The notes beneath the pieces were generated by a model that saw only the letters and a list, made by a program, of their open reading frames with translations, had not been told where the DNA came from and ran no database searches. DNA of 32,000 nt from an uncultured delta proteobacterium. GTDB taxonomy: Bacteria; Desulfobacterota; Desulfobaccia; Desulfobaccales; 0-14-0-80-60-11. Positions within the stretch are counted from its first letter, which is position 1, and each line of letters starts with the position of its first letter. Shown here one piece after another: positions 18,971 to 24,952 of this stretch. Location: positions 17,177-49,176 of the forward strand of contig CAWJCT010000002.1 of the NCBI GenBank assembly GCA_963841475.1, read 5' to 3'. The translations under genes were made by a program, and so were the position numbers.

Positions 18971-19413
18971 ACCCGGAACTCCCGGTTTTCCGCGGTGGCC
19001 GATGAGGTCGCCCCGGTCCAGGCGGGCGCCCGCAGTTGCCAATCACGGCAGGTGCAGCGCTGCTCCTCATCCGTCTCACCCCGACTATCTCCCGCCGCAA
19101 CAAACTTTCCTGAAAAAATCTCCCCCTCAGGCTAAAAAAATTTCCGGACAATTTACCTGAAAGCCCGGAGAGTTAATCATCATGGTTCACGTCCCGACGG
19201 GTGTTCCGGCTTTCATGCGGACCTGAAAGTAGGGTCTTTCTCCCCAGATCGGTCCCGAGTTCAGAAAATCAGCTAACATAATCGCCTCGAGATTTATCTA
19301 ATCTGTAAAGAAGAAATAAGGCGGGTGACCCAGGTGAAGGGGCGCCGCCCTGAACCCGGCGCCAATAGCGGGACTTAAGAGTCATTGCAACTGGTGGTTC
19401 AATCAGAAAAGGG

Positions 19414-20130
19414 ATGGCCAAAGGAGGCAGCATGGCCAACGTTTTTTTAGCGGCAGCTTTGTTATCCAGCATCCTGGCGGTATCGGGGTGCATGGGGGGG
19501 CTTCTTCCCAATCTTGGGGGTTTAGGGGCTTCCCTTGGGGGCTACCCCTCCCAAGGAGGCTACCCTGCCTATGGGGGGGGCCAGCCCTACCCCTATAATC
19601 CCGGGGCCGGCGGGGGCTATGCCCAGCCGGGCCAATCCTATTATCAACCGCAGCCCTACGCTTATTCCGGTTCCGGCAACCCAGAAATTTACTACCAGCC
19701 GACTCCCCAAGCGAGCCCGGGGTATACTGCTCCTTCGCCGGATCGTTGGACCGATCCGCGTCAGTTGCGCCGGCAGGCCCGCATCCAACCAGGACAGGCT
19801 TCCGGGCAATTAACCCCCAGAGAAGCCAGGCGTTTGCAAAGGGAGCAGCGGCGGATCAGGGGTGGGCCCGGACAGATGGGAGCCGATGGCAACCTGAGTA
19901 CTCAAGAACAGGGCCGCCTCAATCGCAGAACACCGGGAAGCAGCCAGAACATCTACGGGCCGGGGCAGAATGGCGTACAACCCGGACCTATGACGCGGTC
20001 CCGGCCCACGAGGGCCCAGCCGCCTGTGGCGCAAGCGCGCCCGGGGGGACAAGCGCAAGCCGAGGTCCAACCTCGAGGTACAGCCCAACCGCGGACCACC
20101 ACTCAGCGGCGGCATGAACAGCCGCAATAA
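19414..20130 (+). CDS. predicted lipoprotein with a Gly/Tyr/Pro/Gln low-complexity N-terminal half and an Arg/Gln-rich repeat C-terminal half
   Basis: Signal plus lipobox: MAKGGSMANVFLAAALLSSILAVSGC (alternative start ATG 19432 after AAGGAGG). This is followed by GGYPSQGGYPAYGGGQPYPYNPGAGGGYAQPGQSYYQPQPYAYSGSGNPEIYYQP. The C-terminal half carries two G.L(T/S)..E...RL..R units (GQLTPREARRLQREQRRI; GNLSTQEQGRLNRR). A terminator follows. Confidence 0.65.
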   Translation: MAKGGSMANVFLAAALLSSILAVSGCMGGLLPNLGGLGASLGGYPSQGGYPAYGGGQPYPYNPGAGGGYAQPGQSYYQPQPYAYSGSGNPEIYYQPTPQASPGYTAPSPDRWTDPRQLRRQARIQPGQASGQLTPREARRLQREQRRIRGGPGQMGADGNLSTQEQGRLNRRTPGSSQNIYGPGQNGVQPGPMTRSRPTRAQPPVAQARPGGQAQAEVQPRGTAQPRTTTQRRHEQPQ

Positions 20131-20238
20131 CGGCGGCGGCGAGGGTCGCCTCACGTAAACCCGGGGTGGCTGCCCGAATCCCCTTTTAGCTAAAAAGGTC
20201 GCGGCCGGGGTCTCCGGCCACGGCTCACCAGATTGAAG

Positions 20239-20275
20239 CCAGGACTCCCCCGTGATGGGAGTTCTGGTTTTTTTT
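20239..20275 (+). terminator. rho-independent terminator of the lipoprotein gene, between convergent genes
   Basis: 11-bp stem CCAGGACTCCC (20239-20249) / GGGAGTTCTGG (20257-20267) with one G-U pair, a 7-nt loop, then T8 (20268-20275). Confidence 0.85.
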
Positions 20276-20313
20276 ACCTGACTTCGCCCCCGGAGTGACG
20301 ATCGGGGCCGCCC

Positions 20314-21897
20314 CTATCTGAGAGATTTCGCCTTGTCAAAATCCAGGCGAGCCCGCTCTTCATCGCCTCTCTTCTGATGACACCTGCCGCGCAGTTCATA
20401 GGTCTCGGCCAGTTCAGTATTTAAAGATATGGCTTTGGCGAAGTCATCGAGCGCTTCTTCAAACTTTCTTCTTTCCATGTAGACCGTACCGCGATTCTTA
20501 TAAGCTTTGCCATAGCCGGGATCCAACGTGATCGCCTGATTAAAATCCTGGAGGGCCGAATTAAAATCGTTTCTGGCCAGGAATGCTTCTCCCCGGCCGT
20601 TATAGGTGGCGGCATTGCGCCAATTCAGCGGCAGGGCGTTGCTGAAATCGGTAAGGGCCAGGTCATATTTCTTGGTGCGCACGTAGAGATTGCCCCGGTT
20701 GAGGTAGGCCTCGAGGAGCTTCGGATCCAGATTGATAGCCTTATTATAATCCTCTAAGGCCTGGTCCAACTTACCCTGGAAAGCAAAGAGAAAACCGCGG
20801 TGGCTATAGGCCTTAGCCAGTTTGGGGTCTAACGCGATGGCCCTTTCATAATCCCTGAGGGCCTGGTCATATTCTTTGTTCTCATAAAAAACGAAACCCC
20901 GGTTGCAGTAGGCCTCGGCAAAGCCGGGGTTTATAGAGATAGCCTGGTTGAAATCCGCCATTGCCTGAGACTGCTTATCCAAGCCATCGTAGACCAACCC
21001 CCGGAGATTATAGGCGTTGAAGGAGTTGGTGAGGCTGGCGATGGCCTTGTCCAGGTCTGGGACAGCCTTTTGGTACTCCTTTTTATCTAAATAAGCCCCG
21101 CCCCGATGGATGTAGTAATAACCGGGTTTGGGGTTCAACTTAATAGCTTTGTTCATCAGGACGATTTTTTCATCGGGATCCTTGAGATTTCTGGCTTTTT
21201 GGAAATATTCGGCTGCGGCTGCTTCGGCGGCAGCGCCAGTGGGTGGTGCGGTCTCCTTGGCGCCCTCCGTCCGGCTCGACGGGCGCCTCTCAACCGCCAT
21301 CCAGACCACGCCCCCGGCCACTGTCGCCCCGATCACCAGGCCTAATAGAACCGCAAGTATTTTCCATTTGGGGACCCTCACGGTAATGGCGGCGGTCTCA
21401 TCGGCCGGCGCCACCCGCGGCCTCGGGCGCACCGGCACCTCTTCTTCTTCAGGAGGGGGGGACTTCAGGTGGGGTTCGACCACCTTCTCCCCCTGTTTGG
21501 AGATGATCGACTGGAGGATGCCCACCAGACTGTCCAGATGTTTCTCCAGGGGGGGCGTGAAGGCATCGAGCCAATGCTGGGTGCTGATAAAGTATTCCAG
21601 AGTCTTGGAAGGCAGGACATCATCAATGCGGAAGGGCACTACCGTGACGCCCTTGTTGACCGCCCGCTCAATCTCCCGCTTAATTTGCGGCGAGGCATTG
21701 GAATTGGCCGAAAAGACCAAAATCATGACCTTGCTTTCGTGGATTGCATCGATAATGGATTCCCCCCAATCGCTTCCGGGCATGACATCCCTGGGGGCAA
21801 TCCAGACGCGAATGCCGTTGGCCTCCAGGGAGGCGCAGATGGCGTCCGCCGTGGTCTTGTCCTTGACGGAATAACTGACGAAGACATCGTGTGCCAT
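20314..21897 (-). CDS. TIR domain / single TM helix / nine TPR repeats protein (527 aa from ATG 21897)
   Basis: Intact ORF (track 20314..21903). ATG 21897 has GGAGAAG 6 nt upstream. N-terminal TIR_2-like block DVFVSYSVKDKTTADAICASLEANGIRVWIAPRDVMPGSDWGESIIDAIHESKVMILVFSANSNASPQIKREIERAV. TM helix WKILAVLLGLVIGATVAGGVVWMAV. Nine units follow with an exact 34-aa period (for example EAYCNRGFVFYENKEYDQALRDYERAIALDPKLA). Confidence 0.88.
   Translation of the reverse strand: MAHDVFVSYSVKDKTTADAICASLEANGIRVWIAPRDVMPGSDWGESIIDAIHESKVMILVFSANSNASPQIKREIERAVNKGVTVVPFRIDDVLPSKTLEYFISTQHWLDAFTPPLEKHLDSLVGILQSIISKQGEKVVEPHLKSPPPEEEEVPVRPRPRVAPADETAAITVRVPKWKILAVLLGLVIGATVAGGVVWMAVERRPSSRTEGAKETAPPTGAAAEAAAAEYFQKARNLKDPDEKIVLMNKAIKLNPKPGYYYIHRGGAYLDKKEYQKAVPDLDKAIASLTNSFNAYNLRGLVYDGLDKQSQAMADFNQAISINPGFAEAYCNRGFVFYENKEYDQALRDYERAIALDPKLAKAYSHRGFLFAFQGKLDQALEDYNKAINLDPKLLEAYLNRGNLYVRTKKYDLALTDFSNALPLNWRNAATYNGRGEAFLARNDFNSALQDFNQAITLDPGYGKAYKNRGTVYMERRKFEEALDDFAKAISLNTELAETYELRGRCHQKRGDEERARLDFDKAKSLR
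20320..21222 (-). other. TPR array, about 9 repeats (aa ~228-528)
   Basis: Recurrent (A/T)Y.(N/H)RG..(Y/F).....(Y/F)..A(L/I).D(F/Y)..AI.L(D/N)P... with a 34-aa register from aa ~262 to 528. Confidence 0.9.
21292..21366 (-). other. single transmembrane helix (aa 180-204)
   Basis: 25 uncharged residues are flanked by RVPKWK (N side) and ERRPSSR (C side). Charge flanks do not decide the orientation. Confidence 0.75.
21520..21891 (-). other. TIR domain (aa ~5-128, ORF-track numbering)
   Basis: The pattern FVSYS...D....A..I...L...GI.VW...RD..PG..W...I..AI..S.....V.S.NS..S..I..E.E.A matches bacterial TIR_2. The candidate catalytic Glu is E77 in SPQIKREIERA (by-eye alignment to the S..W...E position). 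Confidence 0.8.
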
Positions 21898-21921
21898 TAT
21901 CACTTCTCCTCAGGTGATTGG

Positions 21922-21957
21922 GAGATATATCTCTATCCCGGCTCAATTAATTGAGCC
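21922..21957. promoter_or_regulatory. two perfect palindromes in the 94-nt spacer between the cyclase gene and the TIR gene (operator or RNA hairpin candidate)
   Basis: GAGATATATCTC (21922-21933, 12 nt) and GGCTCAATTAATTGAGCC (21940-21957, 18 nt) are both perfect. They lie 25-60 nt upstream of the TIR start codon. Confidence 0.5.
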
Positions 21958-21997
21958 CCGGAACGGCCAGGCACCCTCCGTACCTCAGTGGCCGGCC

Positions 21998-24286
21998 TCA
22001 CAAACCCGAGCGGCGCACCAGATACAAGGGAATGATGCCGGCATGTTTGGGCAGCGGGATCCGCCCCACGTACTCACAGGTAAAGCCCTGGACCCGCTGC
22101 GTGGACGCCAGGGCCGCAAATTGCTGGCTGGCGTACACCTGTCCCGGCGGGGTTATGGGTTCAATGCGGGCCGCCCGGACGATATGGGAGCCGGCGTAGG
22201 CCAACTCCTTGAAGAGCGGCTTTTTGTAGCAGTAAACCGGTCCGGCGTGCAGGGAGATGCGCAGATTGACCTCTTTGGGCAATCCCTTGGCCTGCCAATC
22301 GGTATCGACCACCAGGTCCCGCAACTTGAGGGCGAAATTGCCCCCGTCCTGCACCGAGGCGAAGACGGAATACAGGGCATCACCCCAGGTGTTGGTCAAC
22401 AAGGGCCTCTCGGGGGACTCGGCCACCAACTTATTGATGGCTCCCATAAAATATTCGACGAAGTTCGGGACCTGTTCCTCCATGATCTTACTGGACCCGA
22501 CCACATCGGCGAAAAGCATGGCCCTGATTTCCTCGGTAAAGCCCCGGGGCACGGACGCCACCGCCTCAGCCGGGGCCGCCGCTGGCGGGGTGGCAGCGGC
22601 TGCGGGCCCCAGGGGAGGGGTGTCGGCCAGCAGCCGGTTAAGGTCGATAATCTCAGGCTCCAGACCGTGGGAACGCCAGTGCTGCACCAGGCTGCTGGTG
22701 CCCCCGGGACCATCCCCCGCCCCGCCATCCCATACTACCAGGGGGATCAGTTCGGTATCCAGCATCTTCGTCCGCAGTATTGCCAGGCCATCGAGCAGCA
22801 GATTGGTGTATTCATAGACCATGGCATTCCCGGAAGCCCGGTTCTCGCTGGCAATAATAACCTGGCTGGCCTGCTCGAGCACCGCCTCGAACCGGGAACC
22901 CCAATCGCTCCCGGGGATGAGGTTAACGCTGCCCTTAAGAAAATCCTCCTTAAAGTGCGGGAGGATGATGTTGATCTCCCCTTCTCGTTTCAGCATGGCC
23001 TCGAGGAATAAAATGTCGGAACCGCACGCGGCTGAGGCGAACCCGATCCTGGCATCCACTCGCGCCAGGGTGGCGGCGATCTCTTGATATATCTTCGGGG
23101 CCAAATAATCCGGGAAACGAGGCTTCGGCCGGCCGGGCTGGTCGATCATGTGGCCGGCAAAGACCACCACCCGGGGAATTTGAAAGCAGGCTTCGATCCG
23201 TTGTTTCTGGTCAGGGTCCAGGTCCATCACGGTGAAGAGCAGCCGGGCGTTGCGCCGGGTGGAGGCCAGATCGCCATATCTCTGACCAGCCCCCCGGCCG
23301 GCCTGCGTGTACCACTTGATGGCGTCGCTTATCTCCCCCCGGATCAAGGCGGCTTCGCCCAAAGTGGCCCGAAGCCAATACAACTCCCCCGGATCCCCGG
23401 TTACCCGGGAAAGCTCCTGGAGACATTGCTCCGTGACCCGGTTCGCCAGGGCCGTGGCCTGCTCTTGATCATGTAAGGACCTGGCCAAGGTGGCGGCGTT
23501 GATGCCGGACCAATAGCCCCCGGTCCTCTCATAGGCCGAAGCGTAGGTTTCGTAGGCCAGCCTCCACTCCCTGGTCTTGTCCTTGAGGTCGGTGGCCAAG
23601 TTGGCGAAATCCTTATGGGCCCGGGCCAGGAGCCCCAGGGTCTCCTCATCGCGGTTATCCTCGCCAAACAGCTTCTGGAGCACCTCCAGGGCCTGCTGTA
23701 CCGCCCCGGAGCGCAGCAGCGCCAACGCCAGCAATTGTCGTAAGCGGGTCTCCTGGGGCCAGAGTTTGAGCCCCTCGGCCACGACGTCGTAGGCCAGCAG
23801 CGGCTCTCCCAACCTCATGATGTGCTGGCCGAGGTCCTGATAGAGTTTTGTCGGGAAGGGCCCGGAGCTCGATTTTAAGGTTTGCCAAAGCTCAATGGAT
23901 TTTACCAGGTCGAGGTTGTTCAGATCATCGCCGAGATGCTGCACTGTGGCCAGGTCCCCATAGGCCAGCAAGGTGCAGGCGGGGCCGGATAGGGCCGGAC
24001 GTGCGGGGGGGTCGACGCGGTATCCCAAGGCCAGCATGCCCTGGACGACACCCAGGGAGATTTTCCGATCGTATTCCTTCTCCGATTCCGGCAGGTCGTC
24101 GTAGGGGACGATGCAGGGGTGCTCCTTGAGCAAATCATCGCGGCGCTGCCCGTGGGTCCACCCGTCGGCCAAACGTTGCCGCACCCAATTATCATGGGTA
24201 ATTTCTGCCAACTGCTCCACCAGATCGATTAAATCTTTAGGAACCGCCACCGTGGTGAGATCAGGCGACTTGGGCACGTATGACAT
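21998..24286 (-). CDS. multidomain signalling protein: RyR domain / helical TPR-like (DUF4071-like) region / LOG-SLOG-like Rossmann module / class III nucleotidyl cyclase domain
   Basis: Intact 764-codon ORF (track 21998..24292). ATG 24286 has GGAG with a 6-nt spacer. There is no TM and no signal peptide. Domain evidence is given in the four sub-features. Confidence 0.85.
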   Translation of the reverse strand: MSYVPKSPDLTTVAVPKDLIDLVEQLAEITHDNWVRQRLADGWTHGQRRDDLLKEHPCIVPYDDLPESEKEYDRKISLGVVQGMLALGYRVDPPARPALSGPACTLLAYGDLATVQHLGDDLNNLDLVKSIELWQTLKSSSGPFPTKLYQDLGQHIMRLGEPLLAYDVVAEGLKLWPQETRLRQLLALALLRSGAVQQALEVLQKLFGEDNRDEETLGLLARAHKDFANLATDLKDKTREWRLAYETYASAYERTGGYWSGINAATLARSLHDQEQATALANRVTEQCLQELSRVTGDPGELYWLRATLGEAALIRGEISDAIKWYTQAGRGAGQRYGDLASTRRNARLLFTVMDLDPDQKQRIEACFQIPRVVVFAGHMIDQPGRPKPRFPDYLAPKIYQEIAATLARVDARIGFASAACGSDILFLEAMLKREGEINIILPHFKEDFLKGSVNLIPGSDWGSRFEAVLEQASQVIIASENRASGNAMVYEYTNLLLDGLAILRTKMLDTELIPLVVWDGGAGDGPGGTSSLVQHWRSHGLEPEIIDLNRLLADTPPLGPAAAATPPAAAPAEAVASVPRGFTEEIRAMLFADVVGSSKIMEEQVPNFVEYFMGAINKLVAESPERPLLTNTWGDALYSVFASVQDGGNFALKLRDLVVDTDWQAKGLPKEVNLRISLHAGPVYCYKKPLFKELAYAGSHIVRAARIEPITPPGQVYASQQFAALASTQRVQGFTCEYVGRIPLPKHAGIIPLYLVRRSGL
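22013..22531 (-). other. class III adenylate/guanylate-cyclase-type domain, aa ~588-760
   Basis: IRAMLFADVVGSS (metal Asp D595), TWGDALYSVF (metal Asp D638), NLRISLHAGPVY, and YAGSHIVRAARIEPITPPGQVYASQQF (the G..VN.AaR-like block with Arg R709). Confidence 0.8.
22658..23179 (-). other. LOG/SLOG-like Rossmannoid putative nucleotide-binding module, aa ~372-545
   Basis: A strand-Gly start (IPRVVVFAGHMID), then a Gly/Ser-rich helix start (RIGFASAACGSDILFLEAMLKREGEINIILP), then LIPLVVWDGGAGDGPGGTSSLVQHW. The last block resembles the LOG-family PGG.GT..E motif in position and composition. Confidence 0.5.
23189..23920 (-). other. all-helical TPR-like region, possibly DUF4071 / MAP3K TRAF-binding-like, aa ~125-368
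   Basis: Helical repeats (LRQLLALALLRSGAVQQALEVLQKL; ETLGLLARAHKD; WRLAYETYASAYERTGGYWSGINAATLA; LYWLRATLGEAALIRGEISDAIKWY). The Y.GINAATL motif is recalled from DUF4071-type proteins; this is tentative. Confidence 0.45.
24017..24241 (-). other. RyR (ryanodine-receptor repeat) domain, aa ~18-92
   Basis: LAEITHDNWVRQRLADGWTHGQRRDDLLKEHPCIVPYDDLPESEKEYDRKISLGVVQGMLALGYRV fits the bacterial RyR consensus (H..W...k...GW.yG...d...k.hP.lvpY..Lpe.eKe.DR...). Confidence 0.8.
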
Positions 24287-24410
24287 ACTCATCTCCTGAG
24301 GCGGAGGTCAAAACCGCTTATCGGCAACAGGGCAATGTCCTGCTTTCATCGACTTGAAAGTAAAATGGGCCGGGTAAGGACGCCCCAGTCCGATGGCAAC
24401 TCATCGATCC

Positions 24411-24438
24411 ACAATAGGTCATTTATATTTTTTGTCAA
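24411..24438 (-). promoter_or_regulatory. candidate sigma70-type promoter of the cyclase-TIR gene pair
   Basis: On the minus strand: TTGACA (24438..24433), 16-nt AT-rich spacer, TATTGT (24416..24411). It lies ~125 nt upstream of ATG 24286, inside a markedly AT-rich stretch. Confidence 0.4.
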
Positions 24439-24601
24439 TAAATACCCGGGGGTTACAGGTAAATCGCCTAAAGGAGCGCAGATTCAGGCGTACCCGGCCG
24501 AAGTTTGGGCGCCAGCTAAAAAGATTTTGAGAAATCATCGCAAAACTGATTTCCGTTATTACATGGGGTCAGCCGAAGGGGCTTACGTTGGGAAAAAATC
24601 A

Positions 24602-24621
24602 CCCCCCTTTAAAGAAGGGGG
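24602..24621. repeat. third copy of the C-run/G-run hairpin element
   Basis: CCCCCCTT-taaag-AAGGGGG followed by ACTCAA. Compare CCCCTTT-tcc-AAAGGGG followed by GACTTGA at 9221-9243. Confidence 0.45.
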
Positions 24622-24898
24622 ACTCAAAAACCTCTGGTCCTAGCCTCTTACTGGTTCAGGGAACAGGCTTACAGCCTAAGACAGGTTTTGCACCAGGTTC
24701 TGGGCAATCAGCAGCTGCCTCCCCTGATACGTGATAAATTTTCTCCCCATACCACCGATTCTTTCCTCATCCCGGAGGCCCGAAAACAGGCCCCGCCGGC
24801 CTTAACCCCGGCCGCAGTTGAAGCTCGGCCAGCCGGTGCCCCCAAAGTCGCGCCTCCGGGGCGGGGGCCGGAAGAACCTCGCCGCGGCCAGAATAGCC

Positions 24899-24927
24899 TT
24901 TACACTCAGGGCCAAGCCTAATATAAT
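24899..24927 (+). promoter_or_regulatory. candidate sigma70-type promoter of lptC-lptA-lptB(-rpoN...)
   Basis: TTTACA (24899-24904), exactly 17-nt spacer, perfect TATAAT (24922-24927). It lies 26 nt upstream of the lptC ATG 24953. Confidence 0.55.
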
Positions 24928-24952
24928 TTCAGAGGAAATCGCTAAATTTGGC

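Noticed and set aside
18963-19194. 11-nt perfect inverted repeat GGACGTGAACC / GGTTCACGTCC flanking ~210 nt, a possible MITE
   Set aside because: A rough estimate (window length x 300-nt search range / 4^11) gives about two such pairs by chance in 32 kb. The left arm overlaps the stop codon of the 110-aa ORF. There are no target-site duplications and no second copy.
20314-24292. Classifying the TIR + cyclase pair as canonical Pycsar or CBASS
   Set aside because: Pycsar effectors carry a cyclic-nucleotide-binding domain fused to TIR or TM. I see no FGE...R(T/S)A-type cNMP-binding motif in the TIR protein, which has TPRs instead. The cyclase is class III-type, not a CD-NTase. Only the general logic is shared, so the pair is reported as an undescribed arrangement rather than a known system.
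24335-24921. ORFs 24335..24643(+) and 24688..24921(+) as candidate small genes or regulators next to the module
   Set aside because: They have no SD and their peptide composition does not look protein-like. The first spans the AT-rich promoter region and a hairpin repeat, and the second overlaps the lptC promoter. They are treated as non-coding.
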